The position numbers and the translations under genes are program-made. From IMG/VR virus record IMGVR_UViG_3300045049_000270: a stretch of 64,000 bases of DNA; one strand, given 5' to 3'. This document shows positions 19,069 to 27,570 of this stretch, piece by piece; position 1 is the stretch's first letter; each line of letters begins with the position of its first letter. Origin of the DNA: a virus. Its lineage: Duplodnaviria; Heunggongvirae; Uroviricota; Caudoviricetes. The notes beneath the pieces are model-generated. The model saw only the letters and a program-made list of their open reading frames with translations, had not been told where the DNA came from and did no database searches.

Positions 19069-19338
19069 TTGGCAATAAAGTTTGCCATATCATCTATGTT
19101 TTCAAAACATTCAAATAAAATGAACGAAATCGTAGTCAACAACACTCAACAGCAAGTGACAGCGTCTTTTGATCTTCTGAATTTCATAATTAGTATGACA
19201 GAAGAAATTCTGTCAGATGTGGAATTCGCTTACCCCCGCAATGAATTTGATGAAGAACGAGCTAATACGATGCTACAAAAAATCCAAGGGGAAGCACGAG
19301 CGTTAAAGACCGTGGTCGAAAATATTAAGAAGTCATGA
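19069..19338 (+). CDS. Hypothetical protein
   Basis: Helical ORF with ATGA overlap to the next gene; start uncertain. Confidence 0.6.
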   Translation: MAIKFAISSMFSKHSNKMNEIVVNNTQQQVTASFDLLNFIISMTEEILSDVEFAYPRNEFDEERANTMLQKIQGEARALKTVVENIKKS

Positions 19339-19631
19339 TCTTCTTGATGCCCTTGATTGAAAATCGTAGATCAAGAAAATACTGGCAAGTCAAAGCAGGA
19401 ATCAAAATCGACGTTGTTGGGAAACGTATACGTAATTTTGATTTCAAAGATGACAACGCGCTGCAATTCAAATCCTTCCGTGAAGCCATGTTATTTGTCA
19501 AGGAAAAATGGGGATTCCCGATTGCAATATCAGACTGGGTTTTCGGTTCAGAACCAGCCTCTAACGTGCATGACGTAGAGATCGTCATGAATGAAACGGA
19601 AGCCATACAAGCACTTCTTCAATACACATGA
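19335..19631 (+). CDS. Small paralogue, family A
   Basis: SFREAM helix, FPIAI, C-terminal IVMNETEAIQALLQYT. Confidence 0.8.
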   Translation: MIFLMPLIENRRSRKYWQVKAGIKIDVVGKRIRNFDFKDDNALQFKSFREAMLFVKEKWGFPIAISDWVFGSEPASNVHDVEIVMNETEAIQALLQYT

Positions 19632-19930
19632 TCAATTGTCCATTGATAGCTTGGAGTAGATGGAGTCGATGGAGTCCATACCGTTGGTATATCTATCCAA
19701 ATGCAACATTTGATATTGAAGATAATATAATCATAAAATATAGACTTTCGACTTTACCTACTTCGGATGAAAAACCCAAGTCGTTTTCTGAAACGTTGGC
19801 TTCAGTTAAAAAGGATTACCACTATCCAATAGTGGTATTTAAGAATGAAATTGATAAAGCAACATCAGATTCTTTATTCATCATCGAAAATGAACATGAT
19901 GAAGTCGAAGCTATATTGAAATTCTCATGA
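19628..19930 (+). CDS. Small paralogue, family A
   Basis: YPIVV, C-terminal IIENEHDEVEAILKFS. Confidence 0.8.
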   Translation: MINCPLIAWSRWSRWSPYRWYIYPNATFDIEDNIIIKYRLSTLPTSDEKPKSFSETLASVKKDYHYPIVVFKNEIDKATSDSLFIIENEHDEVEAILKFS

Positions 19931-20244
19931 TCGAAAAAGTATTGTTGGTTTATTACATCTGCTATGACCAAACGTGGGAATTGCTGTTTGATGCAGAAAT
20001 AAATGTTGATGATGGATTTGGATTTCTCTATACGGTTGGGACATCAGAACACAGTTTTGATTCGTTCAGTGTAGCAATCAAATCAGCATGGTTCTATAAA
20101 AATAAGATCGATGCAAGACTTGGTGATAAACGCAAATTGTTTGTGATCAAGAATCCACGTGATAGTCGATTCTTCAACGATGATATAAGTATGTCGATAG
20201 AAACTGATAATGATATGGTTGAAGCCATTCTGAGGTTTTCATGA
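19927..20244 (+). CDS. Small paralogue, family A
   Basis: C-terminal SIETDNDMVEAILRFS. Confidence 0.8.
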   Translation: MIEKVLLVYYICYDQTWELLFDAEINVDDGFGFLYTVGTSEHSFDSFSVAIKSAWFYKNKIDARLGDKRKLFVIKNPRDSRFFNDDISMSIETDNDMVEAILRFS

Positions 20245-20564
20245 GTACCGAAATCATAGCCACCTTAGTTGGTCCAGTCCCCGAAGCTTGGGAATTACAA
20301 CCTTGGGTGGTTTACCCGAATAGAACAGTATTCGTCAATGATCAATTAAATCAAATTACCTTAGAACTATTCACATCTGGTAGATGGGATAAGGTCTTAA
20401 ATCTGTTCATCCCAGAAAAATTGGGCCAAAAGTTTGTAAAAACCAGGCAAGAAGCAATCACTTACGCATTAACATTGGGTAAACCAGTTGTAATTAAAAC
20501 GACAAATAGATTAGTCCTAATAAATGACGAATATGAAGCTATAGTAGCTCTATTAGATCAATAA
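20241..20564 (+). CDS. Small paralogue, family A
   Basis: TRQEAITYA, KPVVI, C-terminal LINDEYEAIVALL. Confidence 0.8.
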   Translation: MSTEIIATLVGPVPEAWELQPWVVYPNRTVFVNDQLNQITLELFTSGRWDKVLNLFIPEKLGQKFVKTRQEAITYALTLGKPVVIKTTNRLVLINDEYEAIVALLDQ

Positions 20565-20566
20565 AA

Positions 20567-20592
20567 TGATGGCACCTAATTAGGTGCCATCA
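20567..20592. terminator. Palindromic terminator between convergent genes
   Basis: TGATGGCACCTA-at-TAGGTGCCATCA. Confidence 0.7.
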
Positions 20593-20609
20593 ACCAATAC
20601 AACCACCAA

Positions 20610-21398
20610 TTAACCTATCGAAAAGCCATATCCACCGGCACGTGAATCGATTAGATCCTTCAATTCCTTCTCCAATCTCTCCATCTCAGCCGCCGCTTCA
20701 GTCTTCAAAGCTTCACCATTCAGCTGAAATCCACCCTGCGGTCCAGCAATCTGGCTAAACATACCACGAGCTTCACCTAACATCTGTTTACACACCGCAG
20801 TTGTATAATCACGCAACCACGGACGTGCATATGTATCCGCAAATAATACTTCCTCAGGACGGGTATTCCATACCTGCATTAAGATAGTTTCAACAGCCAC
20901 AAACGCACGGTCAAATGTGATACGATGACTTACCGGCTCCCATTGAAACAATAACTCACGACCAAACATACGGCCAGCTTGACTCTGAAATTGCATCGCT
21001 AAGTCATAGGTGGCTAACGTACCAGATCCACCAGCACTCATACCACCAGGATTGTTGATCAAATACAAATTGTTCGAAAACGCAAGACTGAACGGATCAA
21101 TCTGGGGACCACCCTGGTTACCACCAATACCACGACGAAAAACCTTAGTAACCTCCTGAACCTCATTAGGCAAAGTATATTGAGTAGTATCCGGTTGAAG
21201 ATCCAAAAAGATATACGATTCCTCCAACGAATTATTCGATCTCTGGCGATAACGATCCAATGCATATTGCACAGCTAAATCATAATGCTCAGGGTCTAAA
21301 TCAATATCAATCATACCAGAACCAAGTCGTAATTGCACTTCCTTGATAATCCTCTGGCGTCCACTCATCTGATTGGAATCCATATACCAATCCCCCAT
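20610..21398 (-). CDS. gp13: Neck protein (T4 gp13-like)
   Basis: LRLGxGMIDIDL, WLRDYTTA, GPQGGFQLNG, acidic helix and terminal F-x-I-G; late promoter at 21413..21419 (minus). Confidence 0.9.
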   Translation of the reverse strand: MGDWYMDSNQMSGRQRIIKEVQLRLGSGMIDIDLDPEHYDLAVQYALDRYRQRSNNSLEESYIFLDLQPDTTQYTLPNEVQEVTKVFRRGIGGNQGGPQIDPFSLAFSNNLYLINNPGGMSAGGSGTLATYDLAMQFQSQAGRMFGRELLFQWEPVSHRITFDRAFVAVETILMQVWNTRPEEVLFADTYARPWLRDYTTAVCKQMLGEARGMFSQIAGPQGGFQLNGEALKTEAAAEMERLEKELKDLIDSRAGGYGFSIG

Positions 21399-21478
21399 AT
21401 AGTAATTACCAATATTTATCGCAATTCCTCATCAATTAACACTCCAGTAGCTTCCCAAAAACAACCCCCATTATCACC

Positions 21479-21760
21479 ACGAATATTCCATGGAGGTACC
21501 TAATACTCATCACGAAGTATTACCAAAACCCAGAGAGAAGTCGTCAAAATCCTCAACGAAGAACTCATGAAGGTTATCCATGACACCCTAATCATGAATA
21601 GAAACCCCGAGAGAACTACAAAAATTGGCTATACCACTACTATGGTGGTTAAACCAATAATGAAGAAACCACCAATAATATCAACGAATATTCATGGAGG
21701 TTGAGATCGTTTCAGGGTCTACGGACCCTTCATGGACGACATCAAACCCAGAGAGAAGTC
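21479..21760. repeat. Intergenic direct repeats
   Basis: ACGAATATT(C)CATGGAGGT at 21479 and 21684; AAACCCAGAGAGAAGTC at 21526 and 21744; a degenerate copy at 21602. Confidence 0.8.
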
Positions 21761-21895
21761 TTCAAATTTGGTGAGTATTTTTAGCATCAAATTAGTGTGA
21801 TGGCACAACATCATTCGCTAGAAATCGCATAGCAATAAACGCTTGAGATTTGGTAGGTGAATTCCCGATAAATATACAATCTGAGGGAGACTTTA

Positions 21896-22981
21896 ATGCC
21901 AAGACTTTCTATCTGGAATTCTGGACGGAAATCCAATAACTACAAATTCATAGACCGTTCCATCGCTCAATACTTCCAAGTGGGAGGTACAGCCATCCTT
22001 GTACACAAATACATTGGTATTCAGGATCCGAATGGTGTGGACGAAAACGGTAATCCGAATGGGGTTGCTCCTGGTGGGGAGACAAAAATTCAGGATATCC
22101 TATTCTTGGAGAATCGTGATCGAGCTTATGCGCCTGATGTTTACGAATTGCGTGGCATCTATAATGTTTCAGACTCTGAATTCGATCTATCGCAATTTGG
22201 TCTCTTCCTTCAGAATGACACGGTATTCATTGAAGTTCATCTCAATGACATGATCAAGATCCTGGGTCGAAAACTGATGCCAGGTGATGTAATCGAACTT
22301 CCACATTTGCGCGATGATGCTTTATTGGATCCGAATGCGCCAGCAATCAACAAATTCTATTCCATCAGTGATTCTGACCGTGCAAGTGATGGATACTCTC
22401 AGACATGGTATCCACATATCTGGCGTGTGAAATGCGCACCACTTACTGACTCACAAGAATACGAACAGATTTTGCAACAGAATGCATTGGATCCGTTTGG
22501 ACTCGAAACAAACACCAAATTACAGGATATTATGTCCAATGTGGCAACCACTATGGGTATTGATAATTCAGTAGTGGCCGAAGCCAAACAATACGTTAAG
22601 GAACGATATTTCCAGACTCAGCAGTACTACATTGTTCCTGGGGATGAAATTGGTAGCCAATATCCATGGGTTTTTGCTGGAGATGGTGTACCCCCAGATG
22701 GTGCAGTTCCGGTCGGTGCTGGTAACGTCTTCCCAATTAATGCAAATGTAGGTGATTACTATTTGCGTACAGATTACGAACCAAATGTTCTATTCCAGAA
22801 AGATGCAAACGGTTCATGGATTCGACAAGAACTGGATTATCGTCAGCAAGATTGGAGTATGGCAACCAGAGTGCTGGAGAGCTTCATAAATAACAACAAT
22901 ACTACCACACTTAATGACGGCTCTGTGGTCCCACAAAAACAACCGCTTAGCCGCGTGGTACTTCCTAAGGTGGACTTCTAA
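21896..22981 (+). CDS. gp14: Neck/head completion protein (T4 gp14-like)
   Basis: IQDILFLENRDR, DLSQFGL, PGDVIELPH motifs; ATAAATA at 21868. Confidence 0.85.
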   Translation: MPRLSIWNSGRKSNNYKFIDRSIAQYFQVGGTAILVHKYIGIQDPNGVDENGNPNGVAPGGETKIQDILFLENRDRAYAPDVYELRGIYNVSDSEFDLSQFGLFLQNDTVFIEVHLNDMIKILGRKLMPGDVIELPHLRDDALLDPNAPAINKFYSISDSDRASDGYSQTWYPHIWRVKCAPLTDSQEYEQILQQNALDPFGLETNTKLQDIMSNVATTMGIDNSVVAEAKQYVKERYFQTQQYYIVPGDEIGSQYPWVFAGDGVPPDGAVPVGAGNVFPINANVGDYYLRTDYEPNVLFQKDANGSWIRQELDYRQQDWSMATRVLESFINNNNTTTLNDGSVVPQKQPLSRVVLPKVDF

Positions 22982-23481
22982 TGGCAGATATGAATTTCAG
23001 TGATGCTTGCATCAATTTGATCAAGCAATTTGAGGGCTTGGCTCGTTATGACCAGTCAACTGGATTGGTCTATCCATACAAGGATCCAATTGGTCTCCCA
23101 ACAATTGGTTATGGTAGTCGTATCGACCTGAATGAGTGTGCAGTCACAATGCAAACTGCCCCAATGACTACAGATCAATGTGAACAATTGCTCGAGATGG
23201 TACTTGGACAATTTGTTGATGCGGTTAACTCAATTGTAACTGTCGATTTGACCCAACATCAGTTCGACGCGTTGGTGGATTTCGCATATAATGCAGGTGT
23301 TGGTAATCTGAAGTCATCCACCCTTTTGAAATATGTGAATGCTGGTAATTTTGATGCTGCCGCAAATGAATTCCCAAAATGGAATAAAGCTCGCCAAAAT
23401 GGAGTGTTGGTTGCCCTACCTGGGTTGACTCGCCGCCGCAATGCCGAACGCACATTGTTCTTGACACCGGACGCTCAATAA
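22981..23481 (+). CDS. Phage lysozyme (GH24)
   Basis: IKQFEG...YKD...TIGYG catalytic E/D/T pattern; QFDALVDFAYNAG; LPGLTRRR. Confidence 0.93.
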   Translation: MADMNFSDACINLIKQFEGLARYDQSTGLVYPYKDPIGLPTIGYGSRIDLNECAVTMQTAPMTTDQCEQLLEMVLGQFVDAVNSIVTVDLTQHQFDALVDFAYNAGVGNLKSSTLLKYVNAGNFDAAANEFPKWNKARQNGVLVALPGLTRRRNAERTLFLTPDAQ

Positions 23482-24914
23482 TGGCTGTAACACCAACGTT
23501 CAATACCGTTGATTTCTTCTACGATGGCCAGATCAAACGTTTCTTACTTCAAGTAATTCGTGCATTTTCTGGCTTTCAATATCAAACTGGTGTGCTTGCT
23601 GACGGTACCCAGCAGACCCGAGTTGTACCATGCCGTATGGCTACGCAAAACCGCCAAGTCGGTTATATCATGCAGAACAACTCTGCAAACACTTTGACTT
23701 CTTGTCCACTGATTACAGTCTTCATCAAGGGTGTAGAAATCAATCGTGAACGTACACAGTCACCTTCCCATGTTAGTACTGTTCATGTGAACGAGCGACA
23801 GTTCAACCCAGCTACTCAACAATATACAGGTGCTTTGGGTAACCAATACACGATTGAACGTCGTATGCCACATCCACTGGATATTACGATTCAGGTGGAT
23901 GTATGGACCAGCAATGAAATGCAAAAACACCAACTGTTTGAACAAATATTCATGATGTTCAATGTTGGTTTCGATATTCAGAACTCTGATAATCCAGTTG
24001 ATTGGTCAGCATTGACAACCATGTTATTAGAGGATGTGACTTGGAGTTCAAAAGCCATCCCTGTTGGTTCTAGTGATCAAATTGACATCATGACATTTAT
24101 GTTCAAGTTACCAGTTTGGATTACACCTCCAGCGAAGGTAAAGGAACAGCATATGATCCAACAGATTGTTACCAATATTCACAACAATTCAACAGAAATA
24201 TATCACGATTTAGATAACGGCTATATGTTGCCAGATACTGCCGGATATGAAGGTGGGGGTGGTATTGGTCCTATTACATCACGTGTAATTACAACGCCCG
24301 GTGATAATCAAATTGAGATTTCTAATGGTATTATCACATTACTCGGACCAGATGGTAGCCAAACTGATGCAAATGGTAATATTTTCAAATGGTCGGATTT
24401 GATAGTAAAGTATGGTACTTTGGTGCCAGCTCATAGTGCTTTGCGATTAATTCATAGCATTGATGATGGCTATTCCAACCTAGATGTGATTGGGACGATC
24501 CAATATGGTACGCAGCCTAATCAGTTAGTCTGGCAAGTAAATGTCGATACTTTACCAAGCAATACGTTGCCAGCAATCAATGCAATTATTAATCCGCTTA
24601 CTACATATCCAGGTGCAACATTAGCAAATGGAACAATATTTCCAGCCGCCGTGTCGGGCCAGAGTTATATGATAACTGAGGATGTGGCTGGGGGTATTGC
24701 TTGGGGTCAGGGTATCAATGCATCTGCTGGTGATATTATTACATATACGAATAGTGGTTGGGTAATCTCTTTTGATGCATCACAAGCTACTTCAATTCAA
24801 TTTGTGTCTAACTTGAGTTCAGGAGCACAATTGAAGTACGATCCCACTGCTGGTCGATGGCAAATGGCTATCGACGGCACCTATTATGCTGGTTACTGGC
24901 GCCTACAATTATAA
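23481..24914 (+). CDS. gp15: Tail sheath stabiliser/terminator (T4 gp15-like) with C-terminal extension
   Basis: FFYDGQIKRFLLQ, MPHPxDI, QKxQLFEQI motifs. Confidence 0.85.
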   Translation: MAVTPTFNTVDFFYDGQIKRFLLQVIRAFSGFQYQTGVLADGTQQTRVVPCRMATQNRQVGYIMQNNSANTLTSCPLITVFIKGVEINRERTQSPSHVSTVHVNERQFNPATQQYTGALGNQYTIERRMPHPLDITIQVDVWTSNEMQKHQLFEQIFMMFNVGFDIQNSDNPVDWSALTTMLLEDVTWSSKAIPVGSSDQIDIMTFMFKLPVWITPPAKVKEQHMIQQIVTNIHNNSTEIYHDLDNGYMLPDTAGYEGGGGIGPITSRVITTPGDNQIEISNGIITLLGPDGSQTDANGNIFKWSDLIVKYGTLVPAHSALRLIHSIDDGYSNLDVIGTIQYGTQPNQLVWQVNVDTLPSNTLPAINAIINPLTTYPGATLANGTIFPAAVSGQSYMITEDVAGGIAWGQGINASAGDIITYTNSGWVISFDASQATSIQFVSNLSSGAQLKYDPTAGRWQMAIDGTYYAGYWRLQL

Positions 24915-24919
24915 TTCAC

Positions 24920-24948
24920 TTGACGCCGCTCATATGGTGTACTAGACT
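24920..24948 (+). promoter_or_regulatory. Sigma70-like promoter
   Basis: TTGACG-17 nt-TAGACT. Confidence 0.7.
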
Positions 24949-24978
24949 TGCGCATCTAATCACTTGAGAAGGTGCGCG

Positions 24979-25365
24979 ATGTCAGATGAAGCGAATGACT
25001 ATCTCCAGATGACCGAAGGTTCAGTAACTGGTTCAACTTACACTCCGCTTTCAGACGAAGAAGTTACGAAGCTTGCAAAAGCAATGTATCGTAATGAGGT
25101 GTTCTTCAGTTTCATGATTCCCGAGAATCAGCGAATACGGATGATTCCGATGGTGTTCATGGTTGTGCTCTTTATGGATGACATAACAAAGAAACAGCTA
25201 GTAGCAAACGAAATTGATGTGTTTTACGAATACATGTCTGAAGCTGGCCCTCGGGGAATTAACGGATATCCTACGTTTTTCTCCTGTCGCTCGATGACTC
25301 GTAATGACGGTAATCGAGTCATCAACAAATATAATGAAATCCGCAGACTTCTGGGAGATGATTAA
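24979..25365 (+). CDS. Hypothetical protein
   Basis: ORF after the promoter; GPRGINGYPTFFS motif. Confidence 0.75.
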   Translation: MSDEANDYLQMTEGSVTGSTYTPLSDEEVTKLAKAMYRNEVFFSFMIPENQRIRMIPMVFMVVLFMDDITKKQLVANEIDVFYEYMSEAGPRGINGYPTFFSCRSMTRNDGNRVINKYNEIRRLLGDD

Positions 25366-25628
25366 TGGCTGATTCGCTTACCGAAGAACAATGGAGGGCA
25401 TTAAAACCACCGTTTCACTGGATGAAGGTAAGGAAGACTTCATGGCCTAGTTTTGTTTTTGAAATGGCAGAAAAACATCTGTACACTCTTACGTCCGGTT
25501 GGTGGTACCACGGTCTGGAAACAAACGATTATCATCTATTCGTATTTGAACGAGCAGAGGACATGGTAGCGTTCAAACTGTGGATTGCCTCCGATCCGTT
25601 CAAAGAGGAATATGGAGAAATTGAGTAA
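25365..25628 (+). CDS. Small protein, family B
   Basis: FVFERAEDMVAFKLW motif. Confidence 0.8.
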   Translation: MADSLTEEQWRALKPPFHWMKVRKTSWPSFVFEMAEKHLYTLTSGWWYHGLETNDYHLFVFERAEDMVAFKLWIASDPFKEEYGEIE

Positions 25629-26184
25629 GCGAGTTTTTAAGGTAAAGCATAAACAGACCTCTGAATATTGGCATGGACATGGCAGCGTTTTTGGTTTGCA
25701 GGGTAAGGTTTTTCATTCAGCCTTAGATGCTGCTCATGATATCGATCTTGCTAGAATTAGATTAGAAAGTAATCAAGGTCATCGAAATCGTGTCCAAAAC
25801 ACACTGGCAAATCTAGTCATTATCGAAGAAGTAAATCCAGAAAATCACTCAGAAACTATTAACTTCATTAAAACTGAAGATGCAATCGCAGCAATGCGAT
25901 TACAAAATGCCATTAAAGCCAAATACGGATATCCATTTTTGTGTTTATGGCTCAAAGTCACTAGTAAGCCAGAATATGAAAATGCGAAATATCTGGTGAA
26001 AATCAGCAATAATTATAAAGGATTCAGGGAACGCTTGAAAGAGTTAGGTTGTAGTTCAAGAACGTACAAGAAACTTGGTGATTGGCTTGTCATTTTTGAC
26101 GATGACGCAGCACTACGAATTAAGCTTCTTGACGGATATGACCAATTCATTGCACTTGAGACGTTTATTGAAGATCTAATCTGA
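25585..26184 (+). CDS. Hypothetical protein
   Basis: About 190-aa ORF; true start probably slightly downstream. Confidence 0.7.
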   Translation: MPPIRSKRNMEKLSKRVFKVKHKQTSEYWHGHGSVFGLQGKVFHSALDAAHDIDLARIRLESNQGHRNRVQNTLANLVIIEEVNPENHSETINFIKTEDAIAAMRLQNAIKAKYGYPFLCLWLKVTSKPEYENAKYLVKISNNYKGFRERLKELGCSSRTYKKLGDWLVIFDDDAALRIKLLDGYDQFIALETFIEDLI

Positions 26185-26236
26185 AAAGCAGTATCATAAA
26201 ACCAATTTCCCATAAAAAATAATAAAAAGGGAGCAT

Positions 26237-26878
26237 ATGAAAATAATTGGTTTCGTGGGCTTCAAAGGCTCTGGAAAGGATACTGCATCACAACCCTTAA
26301 TAGAACAAGGGTATCAACGGACCTCATTTGCTAGTGTACTCAAGGATTGTTGCTCGGCCATATTTGGTTGGGATCGTCAAATGCTTGAAGGCACTGACGT
26401 CGAGAGTCGTTTAAAACGAGAAGAAACAGATTTATGGTGGGCTGAAAGGCTGAAACGTCCCGGCTTCAGCCCACGTCGAGCATTTCAAATCTTTGGGACA
26501 GATATAGTCAGAAATCATTTTGATGATAATATTTGGATTTACGCCGTAGAACGCCAAATCACACAAGCAGGTGGTGATTGGGTAATTACAGACTGTCGAT
26601 TTCCGAATGAGCTCAAACTTATCAAGGATTTAGGTGGCAAGGTGATTCGCGTCAAACGTGGCCCGGAACCAGAATGGTATGAACATGCGAAGCTGGCTAA
26701 TGTCAAAGAAGACCGAGATTTGGACAATCAAAAAGCAGAAGATCTAATGGCTACAGTCTACAAAAATGTTCATATTAGTGAATGGGCATGGATCGGCAGT
26801 CCGCTTATTGATCATACTATCGAAAATGATTCTGCCGCCGAGGAACTTCATTTGAAAGTGAAAAAGATTGTAGGGTAA
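26237..26878 (+). CDS. Deoxynucleoside monophosphate kinase (T4 gp1-like)
   Basis: GFKGSGKDT P-loop, FGTDIVR, ITDCRFPNE, HISE. Confidence 0.93.
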   Translation: MKIIGFVGFKGSGKDTASQPLIEQGYQRTSFASVLKDCCSAIFGWDRQMLEGTDVESRLKREETDLWWAERLKRPGFSPRRAFQIFGTDIVRNHFDDNIWIYAVERQITQAGGDWVITDCRFPNELKLIKDLGGKVIRVKRGPEPEWYEHAKLANVKEDRDLDNQKAEDLMATVYKNVHISEWAWIGSPLIDHTIENDSAAEELHLKVKKIVG

Positions 26879-26912
26879 TGAAATTACCAAATAGTAAAAG
26901 GCGAAACGCATA

Positions 26913-27488
26913 GTGACAACTGACAAACTATTCAAAGATCAGAATACTTGCATGTCTGGTGGAGCGGATGGCGCCGATCTCCAGTGGGGAATGTGTGCTG
27001 GTAAAGCAGGGCATCAAGTCATTCATTGGAGCTTTGACGGCCATAGATCACAAGCTCCAGCGCAAGAGTTAGTCAGAATTCCTGAAGATTTGCTTAAAGA
27101 AGCCGACGAACACTTGAAAGTAGCCAATAAAACACTGAAAAGAAAATTGCCCTTTCATAAACCATGGATTATCAATTTACTTCGTCGCAATTACTACCAG
27201 GTAGGTAACTCCCAGTCAGTTTATGCGGTTTCTACTTTAAAAGACGGCAAAGTTCAAGGTGGAACAGCTTGGGCTGTTCAAATGTATCTGGATTTGCACC
27301 CGGATAATCCTCAATGCTATGTATTTGATCAGGATGTAGAACAATGGTTTACGTGGTCCAATAACGAATGGACTGCAATAGAGACTCCTCCTCCCCCTAC
27401 TGGTGTTTGGGCAGGCGTGGGTACTCGTGACCTCAACCAAGCTGGCAAACAGGCTATACGCAAGCTTATGGGTTATACGCCTGATTAA
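26913..27488 (+). CDS. SLOG/DprA-like nucleotide-binding protein
   Basis: SGGADGAD, RRN, GGTAWAV, AGVGTR motifs. Confidence 0.65.
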   Translation: MTTDKLFKDQNTCMSGGADGADLQWGMCAGKAGHQVIHWSFDGHRSQAPAQELVRIPEDLLKEADEHLKVANKTLKRKLPFHKPWIINLLRRNYYQVGNSQSVYAVSTLKDGKVQGGTAWAVQMYLDLHPDNPQCYVFDQDVEQWFTWSNNEWTAIETPPPPTGVWAGVGTRDLNQAGKQAIRKLMGYTPD

Positions 27489-27570
27489 CAGCTAATTTAA
27501 TGTAGGAAATGCGCAGTTTCGGGTAACTCCAGATAAATACTCTACAAAAGTATTTTTGGAGGATACCCAT

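Noticed and set aside
14557-20564. CRISPR array, integron cassettes or DGR as the cause of the paralogue array
   Set aside because: Genes overlap via ATGA/TAATG with no intergenic repeats, attC-like sites or template/variable repeat pairs, and there is no reverse transcriptase or integrase in the window
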